DNA of 64,000 bases from Pseudomonadota bacterium (GCA_011049115.1 DSCM01000133.1:6849-70848), one strand, 5' to 3'; shown: positions 1-9,351, numbered from the stretch's first letter. Notes: generated by a model from the letters alone, not told the origin. Numbers and translations are program-made.

Positions 1-1558
1 CCTGGGCCAGGGCGATGCCATCGCCTTCAACCACGATATCGAGATCGAGATTGGGCCGCCGCAGAAGAAGATCGCGCACCACCCCGCCGACCAGAAAGAT
101 ATTAAGCTGGAGCTCGTCGGCAAGGCTTCCGAGGCGGGACAGAATCGACAACAGCGCGGCCGGAAAACTTTCCTGCAGCAACCCCTTGACATTCTTCCGG
201 CGAAGTTTGCGCACCGCCTCAGGCTCCCCGGCAAAAAAACCGCCACGGTCTTCTTCCTGATCATACAAGGCCCGCAACAGGTCCTTGCGGGTAATCGCTC
301 CGATAATTCTGAGCTGCCCATCGACCACCGGCAGAAAACGCTGATTACGTTCAATAATCAGCTCCTTAATTCGATTAAGATCATCTCCCGGAGCGATGGG
401 TTCGTAATCGGTGGTCATATACTCACTGACCGCGAGCTGCTGTAAACCATGATACAGGGCCTTTTCCACCACCTGACGGGAAATAATTCCGGCCAGCCGG
501 GTACTTTTTTCATCGATCACCGGCAGAACATTGATATTGTAGCGGGTCAGCAACGATGCGGCTTCAGCCAGCGGGGTGGCTAATTTAATTGATAACACCG
601 GCGCAGTCATCAGATCGGCGGCGGTCAGCGGAGGCACCACCTCCACCTGCAAAAGCTCGATAAGTTTTTCGCGGCACTGAATCAAGGTCTGCTCACGGGT
701 CACGGCGGACGCCGCCGAATGGTGACCGCCGCCCCCGAAATGACTTAACAGACGCCCCATGTCCAGAGCCGGGCTGCGGCTGCGACCAATCAGATAAACC
801 TTGTCATCCAGCCGTAACAGGGCGATCACCACCTCCAGTCGTTCAATCTCTCTCAGCCGGTGAATAACCATGGCGACATCGGCCACGTAATGATCCCGCC
901 AGGCTTCGACCAGCACCACTTTCAGACCACGAGGATAGAGGGTTTTCCGGGAGAGAAGCAGATCGTTGAGCAGAGAAACCTGTTCCCGGTCCAGGGGACT
1001 GTTGACAACCTCGGCCACGGTTTCGAGGTCCCCCCCCTGTTCCAGCAACCAGGCGGCCGCGGCGAAATCGCGGGTCGTCGTATCACGAAAGGTCAGGGAA
1101 CCGGTGTCTTTATAAAGACCGATCATCATGACCGTCGCCTCGTCGGCCGGAAGCCGAATACCCTGTTGCCGTAATTTTTCAACCATCAGGGTGACCACCG
1201 CGCCAACCTCGGCCAGCTCCAGGCGGGCCGGGTTTTCAAGGTCGTCGGAGCTCGCGGGATGATGATCAAAAACCACCACCTCAACCCCAGGCCGGGCCGC
1301 GACCTCGGCAAAAGCCCCGATCCGGCCTTTTTGGCGGGTATCGACCACGATCAGTTTGCCGATCTGAGCCGGATCGATATCCTTGAGTTTTTTAAAGGGA
1401 TAGGCGTAACCGCAGGAATTGAGAAAAAAATCATGCAGACTGCGCTCGGGACTGCCGGACAGGACCATCACGGCTTCAGGAAAGAGATGCCGCGCGGCCA
1501 GCATGGCGGCCAGACCGTCAAAATCGGTATTGATATGGGATGTGATCACGGTAAGCAA
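1..1558 (-). CDS. DHH/DHHA1-CBS-tRNA nucleotidyltransferase (poly(A) polymerase/CCA family), 3' end runs off the window
   Basis: Not in the ORF track; read manually on the minus strand. Probable TTG start at 1558 (LTVITSHINTDFDGLAAM), VFDHHP (~1260), FGGGGHHSAASA (~720), CBS-type region, and the class II NTase signature IFLVGGVVRDLLLRRPNLDLDIVVEGDG at 1-100. Confidence 0.9.
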   Translation of the reverse strand, partial: MLTVITSHINTDFDGLAAMLAARHLFPEAVMVLSGSPERSLHDFFLNSCGYAYPFKKLKDIDPAQIGKLIVVDTRQKGRIGAFAEVAARPGVEVVVFDHHPASSDDLENPARLELAEVGAVVTLMVEKLRQQGIRLPADEATVMMIGLYKDTGSLTFRDTTTRDFAAAAWLLEQGGDLETVAEVVNSPLDREQVSLLNDLLLSRKTLYPRGLKVVLVEAWRDHYVADVAMVIHRLREIERLEVVIALLRLDDKVYLIGRSRSPALDMGRLLSHFGGGGHHSAASAVTREQTLIQCREKLIELLQVEVVPPLTAADLMTAPVLSIKLATPLAEAASLLTRYNINVLPVIDEKSTRLAGIISRQVVEKALYHGLQQLAVSEYMTTDYEPIAPGDDLNRIKELIIERNQRFLPVVDGQLRIIGAITRKDLLRALYDQEEDRGGFFAGEPEAVRKLRRKNVKGLLQESFPAALLSILSRLGSLADELQLNIFLVGGVVRDLLLRRPNLDLDIVVEGDGIALAQ

Positions 1559-1563
1559 ACTTT

Positions 1564-2493
1564 TTACCCTTCAGCCCGGGGATGATAGCGCCGATAGACC
1601 TCCTTGAGACGCTCGGCATCAACCTGAGTATAAATCTGGGTGGTGGAGAGATCGGCATGCCCCAGCAGAGTCTGGACAACCCTGAGATCGGCTCCGCCGG
1701 AAAGCAGATGGGTCGCGAAGGAATGGCGCAGCAAATGTGGATAAACCTTCTGACGAATGCCGGCTTTACGGGCATAGCGGCGAATATTTTTCCAGAAACC
1801 TTCACGACTCAGGGGCCGCCCTGAACGATTGAGAAAAACATAGGGTGAAAGCATGCCTTTAATCAGTTTTTCCCGGCCCTTATCGAGATAGACACGCAGA
1901 CTGGCGATAATCGGTTGCGGTAAGGGCACGATCCGTTCCTTGTCGCCCTTGCCCAGAATCGTCAGAAAACCGAGATTGAAATTAACCTGTTGCAACTCAA
2001 GAGCCACCAGTTCACTAACCCGCAGCCCGGCCCCGTAAAGCACCTCCAGCATCAGGCGGTCACGCTGCCCCAGAACCGTCGCTGAATCCGGGGCCGCCAG
2101 CAGCTTTTTGATCTCGACGACGCTCAGCACCTCGGGCAAATGCCGATCAATCGCAGGCAGGCTGAATCCGGCCAGCAGTTGCCGCGAAATCTCACCCCGG
2201 ACCAGAAGAAAACGAAAAAATGAATTCAGCGCCGAGAAACGTCGGCGAATCGTCCGTCGGGCATACGTCTGTCTGAGCAGGACCAGATATTCACTGATCT
2301 GGTAAGCGGACAGGTCCGCGACCGACGGAGCCGCGATCGACCCCAGATAAAGTCCGAAATGCTCCAGATCAACCCGGTAGGCGGCAATCGTCGGCGCCGC
2401 TAGGCCTCTTTCAAAAGCGATATGATCGAGAAATTTTTCGATTTGTTCGCGGTAAACCGATACCGCCTCGCTCTCCGCTGTCATGTCCGTCAA
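1564..2493 (-). CDS. xerD: site-specific tyrosine recombinase XerD
   Basis: RDRLMLEVLYGAGLRVSEL, GKGDKERIVP and HLLRHSFATHLLSGGADLRVVQTLLGHADLSTTQIYT motifs; 309 aa. Confidence 0.9.
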   Translation of the reverse strand: MTDMTAESEAVSVYREQIEKFLDHIAFERGLAAPTIAAYRVDLEHFGLYLGSIAAPSVADLSAYQISEYLVLLRQTYARRTIRRRFSALNSFFRFLLVRGEISRQLLAGFSLPAIDRHLPEVLSVVEIKKLLAAPDSATVLGQRDRLMLEVLYGAGLRVSELVALELQQVNFNLGFLTILGKGDKERIVPLPQPIIASLRVYLDKGREKLIKGMLSPYVFLNRSGRPLSREGFWKNIRRYARKAGIRQKVYPHLLRHSFATHLLSGGADLRVVQTLLGHADLSTTQIYTQVDAERLKEVYRRYHPRAEG

Positions 2494-2738
2494 TGTTTCT
2501 CCTCCCCAAAATCCCGCATGGCCGGAGCATCCTGCTCTGTCGGAGTCAGCATGGCGACCGCATGTTTGTAGATGAGATGGCTTGTGAAATCGTCATTTAA
2601 AATCAGACAATGGCCGTCAAAGCTGCTGATCCTTCCCTCACGGGCAGTGCCGTTTAAAAGTTCAATACTGACCCGGCATTTTTCGCGCCGCAGCCGGTTC
2701 AAAAACTGTTCCTGGACGTTTGCCTGATGTCGCGTCAT
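2490..2738 (-). CDS. hfq: RNA chaperone Hfq homolog (divergent)
   Basis: VQEQFLNRLRRE...LNG...GRISSFD...LIYKHAV aligns with Hfq Sm1/Sm2; ATG at 2738 with GAGGGA upstream; stop overlaps the xerD TTG start (TTGA). Confidence 0.8.
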   Translation of the reverse strand: MTRHQANVQEQFLNRLRREKCRVSIELLNGTAREGRISSFDGHCLILNDDFTSHLIYKHAVAMLTPTEQDAPAMRDFGEEKH

Positions 2739-2947
2739 GGTTCCCTCACTCGTCCGCAAAGGTAAGCGGAGGTTTATCTCCGTAAGTTTCAGTGCGACTA
2801 TCTAACACTGTGCTCGGCGTTTTAGCAAATAATTTAGTAACGGTTCCGCCATTTTTCCGTGTCGATGGTTCAGATGGTGTTCCGCAACGCCTCGCAAAAT
2901 TTCGTTGTTGAAGGTTACGTGATTCATACCTATTTTAAAAAACGACA

Positions 2948-2976
2948 GTGACATTTTCAGCTGAAAATGTTAAATC
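2948..2976 (+). promoter_or_regulatory. perfect 20-bp palindrome ACATTTTCAGCTGAAAATGT (2951-2970) overlapping a possible sigma70 promoter
   Basis: Palindrome seen directly. GTGACA (2948-2953) and TG-T-TAAAT flank it at promoter-like spacing. Confidence 0.45.
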
Positions 2977-2979
2977 AAC

Positions 2980-3111
2980 CAGATCCCTCGGATTCGCGCC
3001 CCTGCGGGGGGCAAACCCCGTAGCCCCGGATCGAAGATTAGGGCCCAAAGCTGAAGGCTCTCCCGAGAATCGCAGCAAAGTACTCGCACCAGATCATGGC
3101 CCGTTTTTTTT
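2980..3111 (+). ncRNA. candidate structured leader or sRNA (unassigned)
   Basis: Nested stems GATCC/GGATC and CTGCGGGG-GGCAAA-CCCCGTAG, then GCTG..TCTC/GAGA..CAGC and GGGCC/GGCCC, followed by a T8 run. Confidence 0.3.
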
Positions 3112-3176
3112 AAACCGAAAATGACTTGTGAGTCGTCAATCAACTTCTAAACCTTACAGGGACCAGAGAAAAGCTC

Positions 3177-4037
3177 ATGCAAGATTTCAACCGTTATTCC
3201 GGAACCAGCGACTACATTGTCTCCGAAGACCTGCAAAATGATGTCAATGTGGCGATCGCCCTCGGCCGCCCGCTGCTGATCAAGGGCGAGCCCGGCACCG
3301 GGAAAACCCTGCTGGCGCAAAGCGTGGCCCGCGACCTGAAGCGCAACTTGTTGATCTGGAACATCAAATCGACGACCAAGGCCCAGGACGGTCTCTATCT
3401 CTATGATACCGTCCAGCGGCTTAACGATTCCCGTTTCGGCGGCAACGATGTTTCCAACATCGAAAACTATATCAAACTCGGCCGTCTGGGCGAGGCTTTT
3501 GCCGCGGATGAACCAGTAGTCGTACTGATCGATGAGATCGACAAGGCCGATATCGAGTTTCCCAACGACCTGCTGGCCGAACTCGACGAGATGCGTTTTT
3601 ATATTCCGGAAACCAAAAAAACCATCGCTGCCCGGCAGCGACCGGCAATCATCATCACCAGCAATTCGGAAAAAGAGTTGCCCGATGCCTTTCTGCGGCG
3701 TTGCGTTTTTCACTATATAGAATTTCCGCAGCCGGAATTGATGAGCCGCATCGTCCGCGTTCATTTTCCCGATCTTGAGCAACAACTCATCGAGGAGGCG
3801 ATGGCGGCCTTCTACCAGCTGCGCGGACTTGAGGGCCTGCGCAAAAAACCCTCGACCAGCGAACTGATCGACTGGCTTAAGGCCCTGCTGGCGGCCGGTC
3901 TCGGCGGCAAGACCGACCTACAGAAGGAGCTCCCCTTTCTCGGAGCCCTGCTTAAAAACGAGAATGATTACGAGGTCGCCGCCAGACAACGCAGCGCCTA
4001 CCAGCGACGCGGCGCCCTGGCCTCCTTGCGGCGCTGA
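3177..4037 (+). CDS. MoxR/CoxD-like AAA+ ATPase
   Basis: Walker A GEPGTGKT, Walker B VLIDEIDKAD, ITSNSEKELPDAFLRRC. Confidence 0.9.
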   Translation: MQDFNRYSGTSDYIVSEDLQNDVNVAIALGRPLLIKGEPGTGKTLLAQSVARDLKRNLLIWNIKSTTKAQDGLYLYDTVQRLNDSRFGGNDVSNIENYIKLGRLGEAFAADEPVVVLIDEIDKADIEFPNDLLAELDEMRFYIPETKKTIAARQRPAIIITSNSEKELPDAFLRRCVFHYIEFPQPELMSRIVRVHFPDLEQQLIEEAMAAFYQLRGLEGLRKKPSTSELIDWLKALLAAGLGGKTDLQKELPFLGALLKNENDYEVAARQRSAYQRRGALASLRR

Positions 4038-4149
4038 AATCCGTCTCGACCAGCGCCCTACCATCATTCGGCCGGGCTTTGAGCCCGGATAAAACCCATC
4101 CTTTTTCAAGGGCAGGTGGACAGCGTCCGCCGCGCACCAGTGACACAGC

Positions 4150-5319
4150 ATGTTTACCGGTTTCTTTTTTTGCCTTCGAGCCCACAAAATCATGGTCACC
4201 CCGACGGAATGGCTGGCTCTGATGGAAGCCTTAAGCCGGGGTTTCGCCGGCTGCAGTCTGGTTTCATTTTACCACCTGAGCCGGGCCCTGCTGGTCAAAA
4301 GCGAAGCCCTGTTCGACCATTTCGATCTGGCTTTTCGCGAATTTTTCACCGGCCTCGAAGTTCCTCAGGAAATTTTTGCAGAACTCTGGCAATGGCTGGG
4401 GCAGGAAAATCTGAAACGAAAGCTTGCCCCCGACGCGCTCAAGGACCTGCCCCAATACAACTGGGAAACCGTTAAAAAGATGTTTGCCGAGCGGCTTCAG
4501 GAACAAAAGGAGGAACATCACGGTGGTAACCGCTGGATCGGCACCGGCGGCACTTCACCTTTCGGCCACGGCGGCTATCATCCCGGAGGGTTGCGGGTAG
4601 GAGGCGAAGCCGGCGGCGGCATGGCCATTAAAATTGCGGCCGAAAGACGTTTTCAGGGTTACCGCCGCGACGTCACCCTGGATATTCGCCAGATCAAGGT
4701 CGCCTTAAAGAAACTTCGTCACTTGCGCCGCACCGGCAACCGCTTTGAACTTGACGTGGATAAAACCATCGACCGGGCCTGCCGCAACGCCGGCGAGATT
4801 GATCTGGTCTTCAGCCCGGAGCACAAAAACGATGTCAAGCTCCTTTTGCTGATGGATGCCGGAGGTTCGATGTATCCTTACGCCAAGCTGGTGGACCGGC
4901 TCTTTTCGGCCGCCAACTCGGTCAACCATTTCGCCGAACTCAATCATTATTATTTCCATAATTCGATCTACGATTATCTCCGTCCTGAAATCGACAGCCG
5001 GGAACGGGTGCCGACCGCACACGTGCTCAAAGAGTTGAACCCCGATCACAAGGTTATTCTCGTCGGCGACGCCAGCATGGCTCCGTTTGAACTGTTCATG
5101 GAAAACGGAATTATCGACTATTACGACAGCAATCAGACGGCAGGGATTGTCTGGTTTGAAAGGATCGCGGCCCATTTTCGCCGCTGCGTCTGGCTCAACC
5201 CGATACCGCAACGCTACTGGGGCCATCCGACGATCAGCGCCATCGGCCGGGTTTTCCCGATGTTTCACCTCTCGCTGGAGGGGCTGGATGAAGCGATTCA
5301 GAAACTGACGGCTTTCTAA
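4150..5319 (+). CDS. VWA-domain CoxE-like partner of the AAA+ ATPase
   Basis: GNRWIGTGGTSPFGHGG, MIDAS-like LLLMDAGGSM, YYFHN, VGDASMAP, VWLNP. Confidence 0.85.
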   Translation: MFTGFFFCLRAHKIMVTPTEWLALMEALSRGFAGCSLVSFYHLSRALLVKSEALFDHFDLAFREFFTGLEVPQEIFAELWQWLGQENLKRKLAPDALKDLPQYNWETVKKMFAERLQEQKEEHHGGNRWIGTGGTSPFGHGGYHPGGLRVGGEAGGGMAIKIAAERRFQGYRRDVTLDIRQIKVALKKLRHLRRTGNRFELDVDKTIDRACRNAGEIDLVFSPEHKNDVKLLLLMDAGGSMYPYAKLVDRLFSAANSVNHFAELNHYYFHNSIYDYLRPEIDSRERVPTAHVLKELNPDHKVILVGDASMAPFELFMENGIIDYYDSNQTAGIVWFERIAAHFRRCVWLNPIPQRYWGHPTISAIGRVFPMFHLSLEGLDEAIQKLTAF

Positions 5320-6071
5320 AGACCAGCTCCGCGCCGCAGCAGATTATCGATTAGGCTCATCAAACCGCGGATAATCCGCACTTCACGGCTGGTCATTGCC
5401 GCCCGTCCGAAAAGCCGGCGCAGATATTCAAGTAAATGATCGGGATTACTGCGATCAAGAAAACCGGCAGCACTTAAAGTCCGACGCAGATGCGCGTACA
5501 TCCCCTGCAATTCAGTATGCGCCGCCAGAGCGGCAACTGCGGACTCCGATCTTCCTGGCTGAGCTTCGAGGCGACTGAGCTCGTAACCGTACAGAAGTAC
5601 GGATTGCGCCAGGTTGAGTGAGGAAAATTCCGGATTGACCGGAATCGAAGAAAGCATATGACTGTGGCGGCGCTGTTCGCGGCCCAGACCGAAATCCTCC
5701 CGGCCAAACATGATGGCCACCGGCACTCGGGTCCCGAGTTCAGCAATCTTACCCGCCGTCTGCGCCGGAGTGAACACCGGACGACAATATTTGCCGAGGC
5801 GGGCGGTGGTCCCGACCACCAGTTTAAAACCGGCCAGGGCTTCTTCCAGATTATTAAAAACCCGGGCTGCTTCCAGGATGTCATCCGCTCCGCAGGAAAG
5901 CGCCCGAGACTTGTCGGACAGCGGGTCACAGCTCGGTGCCACCAGAAACAAACGCCCAAGATTGAAATTTTTCATGGCCCGGGCCACAGCCCCGACATTT
6001 AAATCAAGTTTCGGTTCGACCAGGACAACGGCCAGCTCCGGCCAGAAATTTTTCACGAGAAAATCAGACAT
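5316..6071 (-). CDS. trmJ: SPOUT tRNA methyltransferase, TrmJ/LasT group
   Basis: VLVEP..NVGAVARAMKNF, FGREDFGL, SSLNLAQSV; ATG at 6071 preferred over the longer track start. Confidence 0.8.
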   Translation of the reverse strand: MSDFLVKNFWPELAVVLVEPKLDLNVGAVARAMKNFNLGRLFLVAPSCDPLSDKSRALSCGADDILEAARVFNNLEEALAGFKLVVGTTARLGKYCRPVFTPAQTAGKIAELGTRVPVAIMFGREDFGLGREQRRHSHMLSSIPVNPEFSSLNLAQSVLLYGYELSRLEAQPGRSESAVAALAAHTELQGMYAHLRRTLSAAGFLDRSNPDHLLEYLRRLFGRAAMTSREVRIIRGLMSLIDNLLRRGAGL

Positions 6072-6211
6072 GGCAGACCTGGCGACGATTTTTGCCCCCT
6101 GAGCGTTCAGGGCCGGCGAAATAATTTTGCCGCGCCAGAGGCAGGAACAGAAAGATCTCGCCGTCAGCGACGGGAAAACAACCACCAGGCAACCCTTTCA
6201 CGGCCGAAAAC

Positions 6212-7003
6212 TCAGCTCGAAAAGGGCTCATTTTTAATCCGGCGGCAGCGCTTGATTTCAAACAGGGCGACTGCCGCAGCCACCCCGACATTAAGTGATT
6301 CACTCTCCCGGGACAACGGAATGGAGACTTGAAAATCGCAGGCCCGGTTAATGATCGGCCGCAGACCCTTGTCCTCCGAACCCAGCACCAGAACCAGCGA
6401 GGCCGCCCAGTCGACGGCATAAAGGTCGTCGCCGCCGGAAGCGGCGGCGCCATAGATCCAGAAACCAGCCGCTCGGCATTGCTGCAGGGCGTCGGCCAGA
6501 TTAACCACGCGACAAATGGGCAGTTTTTCCAGGGCTCCGGCCGCCGTCTTGGCGGCCGCCGGGGTTATCGCGGCGCTGCGGCGCTCGGGCAGCAGCAAAC
6601 CGGCGACTCCGGCGGCGACCGCGGTCCGAATGATAGCGCCGAGATTACGCGGGTCGGTTACCCCGTCCAGCGCCAGCAACAAAGCCCCCGATGGCGCTTG
6701 CGCGCAGGTTCTGAGCAGCTCGACCAGCGGCGTGAAAACAAACGGCGCCACCTGGGCCGCGACCCCTTGATGCCTGATTCCGCTCGCGAGGCGATCCAGA
6801 GCCTTTCCCGGAACTATCTTAACGCTGATGCCCTGATCACGGGCGCGTTCCCCAAGGTCCTTCAGCCGGCGGCCTCCTGTATCCAGCAGATACAGGGTCA
6901 AAATCCGCGATGACCGAGCCAGAAGTTCAGTTACGGCATTGATGCCGCAAACTAGATCTTGACCACCATCCGCCTTCGAGATAGCTGAAGCCATGAAGAT
7001 CAA
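6212..7003 (-). CDS. rlmB: 23S rRNA (Gm2251) 2'-O-methyltransferase
   Basis: HQGVAA, LDGVTDPRNLGAIIRTA, LGSEDKGLR, ESLNVGVAA. Confidence 0.9.
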   Translation of the reverse strand: MIFMASAISKADGGQDLVCGINAVTELLARSSRILTLYLLDTGGRRLKDLGERARDQGISVKIVPGKALDRLASGIRHQGVAAQVAPFVFTPLVELLRTCAQAPSGALLLALDGVTDPRNLGAIIRTAVAAGVAGLLLPERRSAAITPAAAKTAAGALEKLPICRVVNLADALQQCRAAGFWIYGAAASGGDDLYAVDWAASLVLVLGSEDKGLRPIINRACDFQVSIPLSRESESLNVGVAAAVALFEIKRCRRIKNEPFSS

Positions 7004-7671
7004 TGGCCAAAGATTCGAAAGTTAATAATTTTCGACCACCCCGATTCGGTTTCAACCCCGGCTTCCGGCGCCACGATACAGGCTGTGCCGGATGAGGGGG
7101 CGGCGGTCAAAACCTTTGCCGGGGTGGACGGAGTCGACGAGGCGATCGGCAAAGACATGATCATTCGCGATTGCGGGCAAGCCTGAGGACAGGGCGGGCA
7201 AAGCAGCCGGCTGGACTGAAAATTTCGCGGTGCACTCCCGGCAATTTCCTCTTCCAGTTTTTTCTGTTCGGCCCCCAGGGATTCGACCAAACCATCAACC
7301 ACAGCTCGCAAATCCTGGTTGTCATTCAGTAAATCCTGCAAATCAAGCAGGTTCCTGACCGACGCGCCGATCTTCTGCACGCGCCGCTTCAGCCCCCAAA
7401 CCACCATTTCATCCTCCAGGGCCAGCAATCTTGTACCGGTTTCCGCCTCCGCCGCCTCCAGGGAGACAATTTTACGATTAACCTCAACCAGCTGTTTGCG
7501 AAGTTTCTGATAATCAAGAAAACCCAGCCCGGAGGCTACAACCAGCAGAAGAAAAACCGCTGTCGACACAAAAAGAAAGAGACCACCTTTCTTCTTCTGC
7601 ACGCCGCCATGATTTGCGACCACGGAGGCACCACCCAATTCTTTTTCGTTTTTTTCTTCCGTCACATTCAA
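7000..7671 (-). CDS. hypothetical single-TM coiled-coil protein
   Basis: AGGAG RBS before the TTG start, one hydrophobic segment, heptad-rich region, 4-nt overlap with rlmB. Confidence 0.6.
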   Translation of the reverse strand: MNVTEEKNEKELGGASVVANHGGVQKKKGGLFLFVSTAVFLLLVVASGLGFLDYQKLRKQLVEVNRKIVSLEAAEAETGTRLLALEDEMVVWGLKRRVQKIGASVRNLLDLQDLLNDNQDLRAVVDGLVESLGAEQKKLEEEIAGSAPRNFQSSRLLCPPCPQACPQSRMIMSLPIASSTPSTPAKVLTAAPSSGTACIVAPEAGVETESGWSKIINFRIFGH

Positions 7672-7751
7672 TCTCCTGGAAATCGTTTACAGTCTCAGAA
7701 CCTTCGGTTTAAATTCCGGCCTTTCGGCAAAAAAGATGGCGATGAAAGCTG

Positions 7752-7780
7752 AATATAACCTTTCCCGGCGGCAGGGTCAA
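7752..7780 (-). promoter_or_regulatory. sigma70-type promoter for the hypothetical-rlmB-trmJ unit
   Basis: Minus strand reads TTGACC-N17-TATATT. Confidence 0.6.
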
Positions 7781-7955
7781 GCTTCAGGAGGCGACCGGCT
7801 CAAGCAAAGGATATATAAATCTTTTTCTCCGATTCGTGTTTTCGTGTCGGGCGCGGGCGCTCTTTTATTTCACATCAGTTAAGGTTCTCGGTCATGTCCA
7901 TGGCGGGGACAAAAACCGGCGCCCGGGTCTGGCTTTCAACCACTTCAAGCGCCGG

Positions 7956-9348
7956 TCAGGATTCGCCACCCGGGCCTTTTTCCTCCCGCAGCAAGGCCAG
8001 AATCGTCGCGGTCCGTTCCTCCAGCAGAGCCTGATTTCCCCGGCTCTCGACATTAAGGCGCAACAAAAACTCGGTATTGGAGGAACGCAGGTTAAAACGC
8101 CAGTCGGCAAATTCCAGGGTCAGACCGTCGACGCAAAAACTGCGCAGCACCTTTTCCCGCTCCCGGAAATACTTTTCAACCCTGGCGATTGCCGCCGCGG
8201 GATCGGCCGGAGAGCAGTTGATCTCGCCGCTGACCGGATAGAGCCTGATTCTTTCATCCACCAACTCAGACAGTCGCCGCCCGCTGCGAGAAAGCAGCTC
8301 CAGGACCAGCAACCAGGGAATCATGCCCGAGTCACAATAGGAAAATTCCCTGAAATAGTGGTGGGCGCTCATCTCTCCGCCATAAAGGGCGTCAAGTTCG
8401 CGCATGCGCTCCTTGATGAAAGCATGACCGGTTCGAGAAACCACGGCCTCGCCCCGCGACTTGCCGACCAGATCAATCGTATTCCAGGTCAGACGCGGGT
8501 CGTAAATGATTTTGGCGCCGGGATGCTGCTGCAGACGAAGCTGAGCCAGCAGACCAACGAGATAATAACCCTCAAGAAAACGACCCGTCTCATCAAAGAA
8601 AAAACAGCGGTCAAAATCACCATCCCAGGCCAGACCGATATCAGCCCCCGCTCTGATCACCGCCTGACTCGTCAGGGAACGATTTTCCGGCAGCAGAGGA
8701 TTGGGAATACCCTGCGGAAAAGTTCCGTCCGGCTCATTGAGCAGCTTGATAAAGGTAAAAGGCAGACGGCGTTCAAGCAGGTCCAGGACCGGCCCGGCGC
8801 AGCCGTTACCTGCATTGACGACGACTTTCAGGGGGGCTAAGCCGGGACAGATCGATATAACTAAGCAGATGCTCAATATAGTCATCGCGAAAAGTCAGGG
8901 ACCGGCGTTGCGCCGCCCGTGCCGCCCGCGCGGGAAAGTCCCCCCCCGCAACCAGTTCTCGAAGTTGAGGCAAACCGAAATCTCCATGTAAAGGGCGAGC
9001 TTGCGCGCAAACCAGTTTCATTCCGTTATAATCAGCAGGATTATGACTGGCGGTGACCATGATACCACCGTCAAGCCGATAATGGAAAGTCGCGAAATAA
9101 ACCTCTTCGGTGCCGCAAAGACCGAGCTCCAGGACCTCGACTCCGCCCTCGCTGAGCCCCCGGGCCAGCGCCTCGGCCAGAGCCGGACTGGAAAGTCGCA
9201 CATCCCGACCAACAGCAACCCGGACCGGTTTAAAGAATGCGGCGTAAGCCCGCCCCAGACGCCAGGCCAGTTCCTCGTTAAGCTCGTCCGGAACCCGCCC
9301 GCGAATATCATAAGCCTTGAAACAGGCCGTAGAGATGGTTTCAGTCAT
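7956..9348 (-). pseudogene. manB: phosphomannomutase (ManB/CpsG) split by a +1 frameshift; real lesion or assembly error
   Basis: The N-terminal part has FKAYDIRG and MVTASHNP; the C-terminal part has VNAGNG, WDGDFDR and GEMSAHHYF. Removing one base of the G6 run at 8831-8836 joins them into a 463 aa protein. Confidence 0.85.
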
Positions 9349-9351
9349 CAG

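Noticed and set aside
1564..2493. Tyrosine recombinase as a prophage/island integrase
   Set aside because: Size and motifs match housekeeping XerD, it is coupled to housekeeping genes, and there is no phage or att context.
3006..3076. Firm call of a c-di-GMP-I (GEMM) riboswitch
   Set aside because: Only scattered consensus words match. The P1 GNRA loop and the closing pairing are not convincing; kept as an unassigned candidate.
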